Source: Podarcis melisellensis
Taxonomy: Eukaryota
NCBI GenBank assembly: GCA_964234715.1
Contig: OZ174290.1
Reading direction: 5' to 3' (one strand)
DNA: 64,000 nt
The position numbers and the translations under genes were made by a program. Under the pieces are notes generated by a model. That model saw nothing but the letters and a program-made list of their open reading frames with translations. It was not told where the DNA came from and ran no database searches. Below, one piece after another: positions 27,219 to 38,800 of the stretch. Each line of letters begins with the position of its first letter. Positions within the stretch are counted from its first letter, which is position 1.

Positions 27219-28983
27219 TGTAGTTTCTTCACTCAGAGCCCATTTTCTTAGCTGTATTCTACGTGCAAAGCACGTGCTCTATCATTGAGTTTGGTCTTCC
27301 CCTTGCATCTGAAGAAGAGTCATAGTGCAATAAGAACATCTCAGGCAGCGTTGAGGCAACTGGGAAAGCTTCTCTTAAAGAGATCTGCATAGGTTAAGGA
27401 GGGGGCTAGGGCTATACTTCATCCATCATCTGCCCCCAAGAATGTCTCACTGGATACCACAGACAGCTCCGCACTAATGCTTAGACTCATGATGCCAAAC
27501 ACTGAACCCATCTATTGTTGCATCCACAAGTAACACATATGACTCTGCCTTCATCTCTGGGATGCTCTGCTTTTTCAACTTTTTCAACCCTACAATCAGG
27601 AAAGCTTTCCTGTGGGGCTTCTGCAAATCTGGAAGTGCTTGCTGTCAGCTACGTACGTGCCCCTACACAGCAGTAATTCAAACTAATTGGGGACAATGTG
27701 TGCAAACACAAACACCATGGTCAATAAGGCTTCCTCTCTTGGCCTTCCCACGTCAAAACCACCTCCAGGGAGTGGATTGATTATCCCCTGAAAATGATCC
27801 ATCTGGTTTCCCCCCCACCCAAAGAACCAGTTAGTTAACAAATCCCCAGGACCCGTCCACCTTCCTAATAACTCTCCTTATTGAACCATCCTGCTTTGAA
27901 AGGGGGCTTTAAATTAAACTCCTCAACTGGAACTGTCTGGGCACTTGGAATAAAGGATTTTTCTCTATATTATTAAGCTAAAGTTATTCCTTTTATATTG
28001 CAGCTATGATCTGAGTAATTGGTGCTATATAAGTTCTTTCTCCAGTCAACCAATACACCTTTTTTTCCTACATACCTCTCTTACTGTTCGGCCTCCTCCA
28101 GGTGTCCTTTTTATTGTGCATTCATGATGATTTGCACTCATGAGGGTATCAGGACAGTTATATGAGATCCCACTTTCAATATTGCTCTTGGGGCAGACAT
28201 GCTGCTTCATTTCCAATCAGCGCATGTTCCTTGACTTTCTGCCGAAATCCTGCAGCTTTCTTTCACCCCAAATGTTGTGGTTTATTTTTAGATCCACTTT
28301 TGTTGTGCTAAAGTGCAAGAGTGCCCCTCCAGATGGTGATAATGCAATAACGCTGGGGAAGCATCACACAACAACTAATAAAGCAGAATGATGTGTGGCA
28401 GGCCCAGTATAAATCCACCGCTGATGCCCAAGAACATGTTGCAAAATACCTCTGCAGCAAAAGCCAGATGGGAGGGGTTCTTAAGCTTTCTACCAACATT
28501 ATCTCAAGCAGTGGGTGATGCCCAACCACTCAGACAGGTTTCGTGTGTAGACATGTGCCCAGTCTTTGTCAGCTAACATCTTATATTATTTTTAATGTGT
28601 TTGTGGGAGGGGAGGGGGGTTATTGGCTTCTTTTGTTCTTGTTTTTATTATGCATTTTGTGTTTTTATCTTGTATATTTATGCTGTGAACCGCCCTGGGA
28701 TCTGCAGATGAAGGCTGGTATACAAACCTAATTATTAATAATGGTAATAGTAATGATAACTTGAAGACAATATAGTGAAAAGGGCAGTCCATAGCCTGAA
28801 AAAAAATCAGCTCTCCAATTTGCTCAGAGCAGCAAGTAAGCCTGACCCAGAAATGTCACACAGCATCAGGGAGTATTTCCTGCCCTGCTCTAGTCTATAG
28901 GCATAAATGGCCCTCGTTGCTTGGCGGCTGAGCCCCTTGCAGTTCTCTCCTTTGTTCAGAGCTGGGAGTGATGATGTTCATCA

Positions 28984-29350
28984 GGGATCCAGGTGGCGCT
29001 GTGGTTTAAATCACTGGCTTGCTGATTGGAAGGTTAGTGGTTTGAATTCGTGCAACCAATCCCGTTGCTCTGTCCCAGCTCCTGCCAACTTAGCAGTTTG
29101 AAAGCACGCCAGTGCAAGAAGATAAATAGGTACCACTGTGGCAGGAAGGTAAACAGCATTTCTGTGCACTCTGGTTTCTGTCATGGTGTCCCATTGCGCC
29201 AGAAGCAGTTTAGTCATGCTGGCCACGTGACCCAGAAAGCTGTCTGTGGACAAACGCTGTCTCCCTCTGCCTGAAAGTGAGATGAGTGCCACAACTCCAT
29301 AGTTGCCTTTGACTGGACTTAGCTGTCCAGATGTCCTTTACCTTTTTTAC
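28984..29350 (+). mobile_element. Sauria SINE, near full length, with TSD
   Basis: gggatccaggtggcgctgtgg head, cccagctcctgccaacttagcagtttgaaagcac...gataaataggtaccac...gtcatgctggccacgtgacc body, cctttacctttttt tail; catcaggga duplicated at 28979-28987 and 29351-29359. Confidence 0.92.
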
Positions 29351-29869
29351 CATCAGGGACAGAGAACCTGTGGCTATCCAGATTGCCCTCAAGTGCAAAC
29401 CATGAGAAAATGTGGCCATTCCCTTATTGCATATAACATGCAAATTGCAGAATCCCACTTTTCTCATTGCAAAACCTAGATCACCTTGGTATATAATTTT
29501 AATTCTCTCTCTTTAACTCTCTCTTTTTAGCACAGAGTTTTCATAGTGCTGAAATACACCACTCCTGCCAGCAAACATCTGTACCCTGTGTAGCACTGTG
29601 AGAATTGAACGGTTTTATATAAACCAAGTAATGCCCCAAATTTTGTGTACAGTGAACACTATCTGGAAGGAAGCCCCACTGAATAAAGCATTAAGATATA
29701 GTATAATCATTACCTCTACAGACCAACATTTTGCACTGGAATGCTGAAGAAAATAATTAACCTTAAATGTGGATGTTTCTGTTATTGAATTTCTAAACAG
29801 CATTTTTTTTAAAAAAAAGTCTGAGGCTCTCTCTAAATGCCATGCATGACACTCCCATCCTCTCTCTCT

Positions 29870-30012
29870 CTGATTTATATTCCACCTTTCCTCCAAGGTG
29901 CTTAAAGTGGCAAACATGGTGTTCTTCCCCTCAACATTTTATTCTCACAACAATCCTGTGAGGTAGGCTTAGGCTAAAAGTTTGTGACTTGCTCAATGTC
30001 ACCCAATAAGCA
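29870..30012 (-). mobile_element. MIR/CORE-like SINE fragment
   Basis: cattttattctcacaacaatcctgtgaggtagg...gtgacttgctcaatgtcaccca is the canonical MIR-core antisense pattern. Confidence 0.7.
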
Positions 30013-30239
30013 ACACAATGTACAGATGGTTTCACTAGTGGTGCATTAATGCACATAAGGAAACTAGGACCTCAGATTATGCTATAAAAAACACATGAAA
30101 GTGTTTTTTTGTTTTTTGTTGAAGTTTTGTGTCATGTATGGAACACACACAGTATATGTTGCATTGCCTCTTCCATTCAGTAAGTGCTAAACCGTGTGTG
30201 TAGGTGCTCCTGTTTTGCTGCATATTAAAAGTTTTCATA

Positions 30240-31217
30240 CAGTGGTGCCTCGCAAGACGAAATTAATTCGTTCCGCAAGTCTCTTCGTCTTGCGAGTTTT
30301 TCGTCTTGCGATGCACGGTTTTCCATAGGAATGCATTGAAAATCAATTAATGCGTTCCTATGGAAACCGCCTTCCCCCGACCTCTTCTGGCAGGCGGCAT
30401 TTTAAAATCGCCCGGGACAGCGGAGGACTTCTCCGCTGTCCGGGGCGATTTAAAAGCCCCTGGGAAGGCAGGCAGGGGGGACAAAGGCTTTCCCGCCCCG
30501 CCGCCGGGCTTCGGGACATCGTTCTGAAGCCGGGCGGCGGGGGGAGGCTTTCCCGCCCGGCCGCCCGGCTTCGGGACATCGTTCCGATGCCGGGCGGCAG
30601 GGGGAGGCATTCCTGCCTCACCGCCCGGCATCGGAACGATGCCCTGAAGCCGGGCGGCTGGGGGAGGCGTTCCTGCCCCACCGCCCGGCATCGGGACGAT
30701 GCCCTGAAGCCGGGCGGCTGGGGGAGGCGTTCCTGCCCCGCCGCCCGGCATCGGGACGATGCCCCGAAGCCGGGCGGCGGGGGGAGGCTTCAAAAGCCGT
30801 CCGGGGGCTTTTAAATCGCCCCGGACAGTCCCGGGGCGATTTAAAAGCCCCCGGTTAGGCAGGCAGGGGGGGCAAAAGTCTTTGCCCCCCCTGCCTGCCT
30901 TCAAAAGCCGTCCGGGATAGCGGGAAGCGCTTCCCTGCTATCCCGGACCGCTTTTAAAATGCTGGCGGTGGGGAGCAAAGCCTTTCGCCCCCGCCGGCCT
31001 TCCTGGACCTCTTCTGAAGTCCGGAGGGGGGGGGGAAAGGCTTTGCTCCCCACCGCCAGCATTTAAAAAAAGGTCCCCGAGATTTCCCTATGGGCTTTCG
31101 TCTTGCGATGCAAGCCCATAGGGAAAATCGTCTAGCGAAGCGTCGCAAAAACCGAAAAACCCTTTCGTCTTGCAGGTTTTTCGTCTTGCGAGGCATTCGT
31201 CTTGCGGGGCACCACTG
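30240..31217. mobile_element. Young CpG-rich Tc1/mariner-pogo (Tigger-like) non-autonomous element, 978 bp
   Basis: TA|cagtggtgcctcgcaagacgaa ... ttcgtcttgcggggcaccactg|TA: 22-bp TIR with 1 mismatch and TA TSD; multiple subterminal ttcgtcttgc(g) repeats. Confidence 0.93.
30485..30790. repeat. 60-bp GC-rich minisatellite (~5 units), each unit an imperfect palindrome
   Basis: Lines starting 30481, 30541, 30601, 30661 and 30721 align in register; unit core ccgcccggc(t/a)tcgggac...gaagccgggcggc. Confidence 0.95.
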
Positions 31218-33064
31218 TATTTGCTAAGCAGGAAATCAGAAGAAATCGTTTAAAGGGGTTTCATATGCAAAGAGGCTTCGTGCAAGATAGATGTTTTAGT
31301 TAGATTGTTAGTTTTTAGCTGCATCCTCACCTATGTACTGGTATATGTGCAAATATAAATGTTGATTATTTCTATTTTCATTGCCCTTCATGTCATAATT
31401 ATACATTTTGGGGAGCAGGGGATACTGCTTGTCACAGCTTAAGGCTTCAGCACATCCTAACCTGGCCTGTGGTTTTGCAATTCATTGATAGAGGTTGCAA
31501 ATGTAACGGGAAATTCAGGCCACAGCAATGCAGATCATTCAAACAGCTTTGCTGCAAAGAGAATCTAAAAGGGAATAAAACATGATTTGTTTGCAAATTT
31601 ACTGGAGAAGTGGGGGGGGGGAGGAAGAAAAAGGGAGGAGCTGGAAAGAATCATGTCCCCTGCAGGCTGAATTTCACCCCCCCTTCTTTTTTTTTCCTTT
31701 TCACTTTTTAAAGTCTCAGAAATAAACCAATTTGCTTAGGTGGATCAGCTGTGGATTTACAGAAGTGTTACCGCAGCAGAATCTAGCCCCAGATCTGCAG
31801 AGACGCCTTCCTTTATCTCTGAAGATAAAGAATAAAGAGGAATCTTTAAAAGAGCTGTTGACTCTTCAATTTGCTTTGCAATTGAGGAACCATTAGGAAA
31901 TGGTTTGCTAAATGCCAGTCATCCTTTATATGATGGGATTGTTCAGGGACCCATGTCAAAAAAGAAGAAGAAAGCCCTGAGTTACTCAGTGCTATGGGAT
32001 TTGCCTGAAGCTGAAAGAGGAAACAGATCCTACTCCCAAGAGCTCCTAACTGAGGTTGTTGGTTTTATCTAATTATTTATTTTATTTATTATTTTTAGCA
32101 ACCTATGCTGGTAGATTTCTAAGTGAAATTTCCAAAGGGATGCCAACTCCCCCAGCCCAACCAGGGCTCCTCTATCTTTAAAAGACAAGCAGCAGCTATT
32201 CAGCAGGTGAAGCTTTCCCCCAGGAATGTGGATGCAATAATGGTGAGAGCTTCGTCTCCTAAATGTGTGCATAGCGCATTAGAAGTTGCACATCTATTAA
32301 AGGTGCAGACACTTTTTTGAAAGTTGGCAATCTCTATTTATCATTTGCACTATAACTGTACACTTATAGTTAACTGTCAGTCTTCTAATGTTTTAGGGAT
32401 GGACTTTATGAAGTTCTCCATATGTGTGTGTGTGTGTGTTCTTATCTGCATTTCTATGGAACTGAGCCTCCTTCTCCCATCTCATTACACAGAAGACATT
32501 TGGTACTGGGTGTCAGGAATTGCTGACCACTGACAGTTGTGGTAGAGTGACCTCTCCACACCCTCTCCACAAATACCCTTCCAGGATCTTGACTAGACTA
32601 GCTCCACCCACCTAGCTAGCCATTGGCTGCTCAAGAGAAGGCTGGAGTATATGAGGACGTCTTGTTGGAGTGGTACCTGCATTAAGCTGCAAGTTCTCTC
32701 TGAATGTTAATGTGTTTTGTAGTTCTGGCTTTGCATTCTGATTCACCTCCTGATTGCTCATCTGCCTGTCATTGGCTCTGGCTTCACCTGTTGTTGGGGT
32801 GGATCTACACACAGGAAAAATACGCTATTGATAAGTCAGAAATTGGATTGTAATAGCAAAAGGGGGACGTGCATCTTTGCTGGCTGCCATCGCTGGCTGC
32901 TCCACTGAGGGCAGCTTGATACCCACACACCATCCCCTCCCACTCAAAGCATGCAGAGGAGGTGACTCACTTCCTCTCCTCTCCCCACCCATCCATTCTC
33001 CACTGCTGCTCTGTGTGGGGCGGTGTCCGTGGCTTGGATTTTGAAAATTAGGGGGTCCTCAGTA

Positions 33065-33326
33065 CGGTCATACCTCATGTTACGTTTGCTTCATGTTATG
33101 TTTCTTCAGGTTGCATCCTGCGGCGACCTGGAAGTAACCAGAAACGGTTACTTCCGGGTTTCGCCTCCCACGCATGCACAGTAGCGCTAAATCGTGCTTT
33201 GCACATGGTGCACAAGCACCAAATCGTGCCACACACCTGTGCAGATACAGCACTTCAGGTTGCGGGCTTTTCACGTTGTGAACGGGCCTCCGGAAAGGAT
33301 CCCGTTTGCAACCAGAGGTACCACTG
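33065..33326. mobile_element. Tigger-like MITE (diverged)
   Basis: TA|cggtcatacctc ... agaggtaccactg|TA; internal palindrome ggaagtaacc/ggttacttcc. Confidence 0.8.
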
Positions 33327-33555
33327 TAATTAGCTAATTGGGAACCACTGTTCGAGAAGGTTCTTCTGAAGTCAGGGGGCACTCCATTAGCTTTTATTGT
33401 CTTCCTTTCTGCAGATCACCTTCCCCTTAATTCTCTGCTTTTGATTTGGAAAAGGTCCAATATGCATAATCTGGTAGGGTCCAGCAGGCAGCAGCAGCAG
33501 GAGAAAATTGCACAGAGAGCTATGTCTGGAAGTTGTTCAGGAGCATTTAAAAAGG

Positions 33556-33597
33556 TGTGTGTGTGTGTGTCTGTGTGTGTGTGTGTGTGTGTGTGCG
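33556..33597. repeat. (TG)n microsatellite
   Basis: Direct reading of the sequence. Confidence 0.95.
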
Positions 33598-34175
33598 TGA
33601 TGGGGAAGGGGAAGAGCATTGTTACTTGCTTTCATATCCCACTGGTTTCCTCACCTTTCTTCTCCTGGCTTCAAGGATTTAAAGCACCAGTGGGGAGGGG
33701 AGTTGTCTTTCAAAAGCAATAAAAACTCAGGTTGATGTTGTACCATTCCTTAAATAAAAAAAGGAAAAAGGGGGGGGGGGACTAAGATAAAAGAACCTGG
33801 CAGGGATTTTGAGAGGCAGGAAAAACCTGCTTTCCATTGGGGAGCTGAGAACATCAGGCTATGTTTCCTCAACCAGGAACTCAGAGACAAAACAAAACAA
33901 AAATTTTAAAGAGGCAGCTAAAAGTTAAATGTTTGACAGCAGCTTCCTGACATTAAAGATAATGTGAAAGGTTTCAGAAGAAGTCTAAAAAAAATGGTCC
34001 TGTTTTAAGCAGAGTAGTTCAGCTAGAGAAATCAGCCTTGTTAACTCACCCAACAGCTGGAGGCCAGTAGCCAGAACACATTTAGCTTGACATACATGCA
34101 TTTATTTATTTAAAATTCATAGCTACCCATCCTCCCCCAAAGAGCATAAAAGGACCTTTATCAATATGTTGCTGC

Positions 34176-34177
<2 letters not shown>

Positions 34178-34232
<55 letters not shown>

Positions 34233-34272
34233 TCTCTTTCTCTCCCTCCCTCTGTCCCTCTTCTCCCTCCCT
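34178..34272. repeat. (CT)n microsatellite and pyrimidine tract
   Basis: Direct reading; source of the spurious ERERER ORF 34123..34416. Confidence 0.95.
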
Positions 34273-34909
34273 CTGATTCGCAAACATTACTTGGGTGATC
34301 ACAATATAACTCAAATTCAGAACAGACACATTGATATCAATAGAGTTGGGGTTGGAAACTGGATATGTCCAGCATACTGGATCCTTACCTCCCCCCCCCA
34401 AAAAAAAACCCAACAACCCCAGATTGGGCTGCCCATTTGTCTATCACCTGACATTGTTATGATATCAGATTCCAACTTGAAATGGGTGCACTGGAACTGT
34501 GGTTGCAGTACATCCCTTTGATATCATTTTGCAGGTGAGGTTTTAATGCAAGCTGTGTCTGAAAATGGACAAAGCAGGTTTCACAGCCAACATATTTAGA
34601 GCCCACTGTCAAAGGAGCTAATTGACAGCACCAGTAAACTGATCGGCACTGACAGCAACCCTCTGCAGCTGTACTGAATTCCCTGATGCCCTGTCAGGGA
34701 AAAAGGCAGAGAATAAATAAATAAATATGTAATAATAACTAGGATGTCCCCAATGGGGAACTCCTGCCCTGGGATCCAAGGAGGAAGAAAGTGGGATGGA
34801 AATATTATAATATGCTACCATGCACTCTGATGTTTGTGGGGGTTGGCCTATGTTCCTTTATGCTGATAGCCAGTGCAGGGTAGTGGATACTTAGGCTACC
34901 CAAGTAGAC

Positions 34910-35070
34910 CTGGGAAGACCCCTCTTCCCAAGGAACTCTGGACACTGTAGCTCTGCCCAGGGAATAGGACCTGCTAAGAACTCTAGCACCCTTCCCATAA
35001 TTCTTTGAGGGAAGCCATGACTGTTTAAAGTGCTATCATAGTGTTTTAAATATATGATGTAAATGCATCC
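34910..35070. repeat. Unclassified interspersed repeat; related copies at ~37630-37810 and ~43605-43815
   Basis: Shared aactct..ga.ctgtagctctg...gggaata...aattctttg.gg.aagccatg.ctgtttaaagt...agtgctttaaatgtatg in all three copies. Confidence 0.65.
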
Positions 35071-35541
35071 ATAAAATGGAACTAGGAACATGTACTGCTT
35101 TGTAGAAAGGATGGATAAAAATAAAGCAAATATATTTTGGAAGTATGCATACTCAGTGTATTTATCCTGAACAGACAGGGAAAGGTATATCTGGAATTAG
35201 TGATCCTCTGTGTTTGTTCTGATTGTATGGTTAATTTTAACTGGGTGCCACTTGTAACCCTATTGTACACTGCTTAGAAACTACAGGATTCAGTGGTGTA
35301 TAAATTACTGAAATAAATGAATGAACCAAAGGTGAATAAGTTTAGTATTCCTGGGGGCCTCTGCATTTGACAGGCAGTGATTTGATGGTCAAATAGTGAG
35401 AATAAGGCTATCAGTGGCTAATAGTGTTGTATGATCTCTTGTATGATCATAGGAACATGCCTCTGAACACCTGCTGCTTGAAAACAAATGGGGAGGGTCT
35501 TATTGTGTTCATGTCCTCCCTGTGGGCTTCCTGTAGACATC

Positions 35542-35886
35542 GAGGATCTACGCCTGACCTTTATTGCCCCAGTTCTACAAAAGCTTAAAAATGAACCAGA
35601 ACTCCAACGTATGAGAGCCTTGGTAGAAGATAAGGTTCCTGAAATTACGATCAATGTTGCCAAATTCTGTGTAGCCGCTATTAGGCATAGGAAACAAGAG
35701 CTTTCCAATGTCAATATGCAGGCGAAGGCAAATACTTAATTTTATTTATGCTGTCTAATTCTAAATTGCTGTTATGGCCTAATCTGTATTGAAATTGTCC
35801 TTTGTTTTTTCCAGTGTTATGCTTCGCTGACTAGCTGTACGAGTTAATCTGGTCTGTGACCGTTTAATAAAATTTGATTTTTTTTG
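35542..35886 (+). mobile_element. 5'-truncated non-LTR retrotransposon (RTE-X-like) with perfect 12-bp TSD, nested in a CR1 tail (~35395-35975)
   Basis: cctgtagacatc at 35530-35541 and 35887-35898; open frame LRLTFIAPVL...VEDKVPEITINVAKFCVAAIRHR resembles the 53646..53882 peptide; 3' end ctggtctgtgaccgtttaataaaatttgatttt. Clade assignment is tentative. Confidence 0.8.
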
Positions 35887-36039
35887 CCTGTAGACATCTG
35901 GTTGACCATAGTGAGAACTAGAAAGATGGACTAGATTGGTCTTTAGTCTGATCCATCAGGGCTCTCCTTATGATGCCCTGTTCTTCATGTTCACAGTAGT
36001 AGGTCAGCAGCAATCACAGCCAGAGCTGAACATGGACCC

Positions 36040-36230
36040 CAAGAAGATGCCTTATACTGAGTCAGATCGTTGGGACATATAGCTCAGTATCATCTACACT
36101 GACTGGAAGGGACTCTCTAGGGTTTCAGGCATGGGGCATTCCCAGCCCTACCTGAAGCTGCCATTGGAGACAATTAAAACTGGGACCTTGTGCTTGCAAA
36201 GGAGATGTTCTACCATTGAGCTTTGGCCCC
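36040..36230 (-). mobile_element. tRNA-derived SINE (Squam3-like)
   Basis: Antisense of ggggccaaagctcaatggtagaacatctcc...ggtcccagttt head; homologous to the adjacent copy. Confidence 0.6.
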
Positions 36231-36354
36231 TCCTTCAAAAGGCTGCAGTTCTGTGGAGCAGGCTGGGGAAATGAGAACCTGCCGACCATATATGGCTCTC
36301 CAGGCCTCTCTAACTGACTCACAAAAGCTCTCCCCAAGTCTCACATAGGAACAA

Positions 36355-36525
36355 GCATAGGAAGCTGCTTCATACTGAGACCTTTGTTCCATCTAGCTCA
36401 CTGACTGACAGCAGCTCTCCATGGTTTCAGATAAGGGCATTCCCACCCTACATGGAGATGCTGGGACTTGAACCTGGACCTTCTGCTTGCAAAGTGAATG
36501 CTCTACCACTGAGCTATGGCCATTC
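36355..36525 (-). mobile_element. tRNA-derived SINE (Squam3-like)
   Basis: Reverse complement: ggccatagctcagtggtagagc...aggtccaggttcaagtcccagcatctcca, with Pol III A box (TAGCTCAGTGG) and B box (GGTTCAAGTCC). Confidence 0.7.
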
Positions 36526-36919
36526 TACAGAAGAAATTCATATGCTCACTGTAGGCGGAGAGGGTGGAGGACGAAAAAAGAGAGATGAATCAAGAATCAC
36601 AGTTTTGTTGGATTCAGGAAACATCATGCTCAGCAGTTCAGTCCTTGTTGACCATCCCTGCTGGAGGCAGATGGGAGCTAGACACACAGTTACCTTTGGC
36701 ATGACAGAGGAACACATGGCCATCACAAGCAAATGGCTTCCCGGCAGATGGGTATCTGCCTGATGCTGCTCTGTCTTGCTTATGCTGTGTTCATTGCCAT
36801 GGAGCAACAACCTGGGCAATAAAGGCACTGAAAATCACACAATTCAGGATGGCCCTGGGAGCATTTCCAGGTGATTATTCTAAATGCACTGGGGCTGGGG
36901 GGTTGGGAGGGGGGCACCA

Positions 36920-37400
36920 TTCAATTTCTGCTTCTCTGCCGCGGTGTCAATTGGAAATAAACGCTTGGGCAAAATTACAGTCATTTGCAGCTGACAGAAA
37001 AGGGGCTTTATAATCTACAGCATCCTAAAAGTCTCCTTTAAAGTACCGTTTGGACCTTTTAAGTACTTAGATATAGAGAGCGATATAAAAGGAGCCCCTG
37101 TGCAGAAGCCGGAGTGCGTTCTGTTCTCCATCAAGCCGTGTTACAATTGTTATTTCCCATAAAACCTAAACCAGTTAATAGAGGTGGTGTCGAGGAAAAA
37201 AAAGCACACCCCTTAAAGTAATTTATGTCGCATTGCTCTGAACGCTGCTCAAGACAGTGATTTTTTAAGTACCACATTCATTTTACGCCAACATTTTGGC
37301 TCCAGTGAGGCTTGTGGTTCCCTGTGGCGGAGGCACATGTGTTTACATACTTAACACAGTAATTTCAAGATATACACGGCAAAGGGGATTTGATTAGGAA
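36920..37400. promoter_or_regulatory. Candidate conserved non-coding element
   Basis: Repeat-free, unusually many retained CpGs for this window, TGTCAA/TGACAG, CCATAAA and TTTATG motifs. Conservation is inferred. Confidence 0.4.
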
Positions 37401-38664
37401 GGAGGAAAGAGAGTGCTCCTAAATGGTAGAAGATGGAACAAAGCCCTAACTCCTTCCCATGTAGAATATGAGGATCCTGTTTATGTTATTTGTTTTAACC
37501 TTTTCTACCCTTCTTCTCCACAGGCTTTGAGGTAGATTATGTCAAAAGTTCAACATCAGGGATCATTCACTTAGTAAGCTAAGAGTTAATTCTCTTGACA
37601 GTTAGTCAGCCAACCAACCAAGAAGGTGGTGCTTCCCTGGGAGGAAGCATTGGTTGTTAAACTACTCAGAGAATTGTAGTTTTGTGAGGACAATAGGGGC
37701 CTCCTAAAAAATCTCAGCATCCTAAACAAGCTACAGCTCCAATAATTCTTTGGGGGAAGGGAGGACTTTTAAAAGTTGTAGCAGTGCTTTAAATGTATGG
37801 TGGGAATGTGATCTAAGGCAAGAATGAGGAATATGTGTCCCTCCAAAGGTTTATGGACTCCAACGTCCATCTTCCCTGACCATTAGGTATGCTAGCTGGG
37901 GCTGATGGGTGTTGGAGTCCAACATTACCTGGAACCACAGATTCCCCATCCTTACAGTAAGAGAGGTGGAAATAAAGAGTGCATCTCAATCAGTTAGAAA
38001 TACTATTTATCTTGCACCCCCCCCCCAATCTATTAAAGGGTATTATGGATGGATGAGCCCAGCCTGTAGCATAATATATGAACACTATTTTTATTTTTGC
38101 ATGCTCAGTAACCTTTTAACTTCTGCATTCTTCCTGACAATGAGTTCAATGAAGCTTCACAAGGTTGGCAGCCCTCAATAAATGAATCGGGACCATGGAA
38201 TGGATGTATTTGGATATCTGATCTGAGCTTAGGGCAATTCAAAATCCTCCCTTACATCGCAGTCCTCTATCCAATTTCTGCATTTCTTTCTGAAATACAT
38301 TGCATGATGGAATCTCCATTACATTCTTTGGGTGACTGCTCCACAGTCTGATAGATTTGCCATGGGAACATTTGTCCTGATGCCTTGTCTAATTATTCCA
38401 CGGCTGAATAGTGTACGGTTATCACCCCATCACATGGCAAAAAGAAGCATGACTACACAGGAGGCTGGAAGATTGCAATTGCCTCAGTGACCTTGGGTTA
38501 GTTTATTTAAATGGGAGCTGTCATGGGCCCAGTCCTAAAGAGAAGTCATGGCTAAGATATGGAGGTAGAGGAAGAAGAGGGACTGTTCACTCCCATCTCA
38601 GCCACATCCCTAGCAAAGAAGCAAGACCAAGTCCCTGGTTACAAGTTCAAGACTGAACCTAAGA

Positions 38665-38800
38665 CAGGCATCCCCAAACTTGGCCCTCCAGCTGTTTTCA
38701 AACTACAACTCCCATTATCCCTAGCTAACAGAACCAGTGGTCAGGGATGATGGGAATTGTAGTCCCAAAACATCCGGAGGGCCGAGTTTGGGGATGCCTG
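38665..38800. mobile_element. hAT-type palindromic MITE (136 bp) with perfect 8-bp TSD
   Basis: acctaaga|caggcatccccaaacttggccctcc ... ggagggccgagtttggggatgcctg|acctaaga. More diverged relatives lie at ~10200-10330, ~12625-12720, ~37825-37950, ~39038-39143 and ~49897-50025. Confidence 0.92.

Noticed and set aside
30485-30790. CRISPR-like appearance of regularly spaced palindromic repeats
   Set aside because: Units are tandem with no unique spacers, the DNA is vertebrate, and there are no cas genes.
30347-31196. Long Pro/Gly/Arg-rich ORFs on both strands (185, 154, 107, 80 aa)
   Set aside because: They arise from the stop-poor 60-bp GC-rich array inside a MITE; no transposase motifs.
32511-32812. 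TGTCAGG-initiated segment resembling a Gypsy solo LTR (similar case at ~38519)
   Set aside because: Could not define the right end or a TSD.
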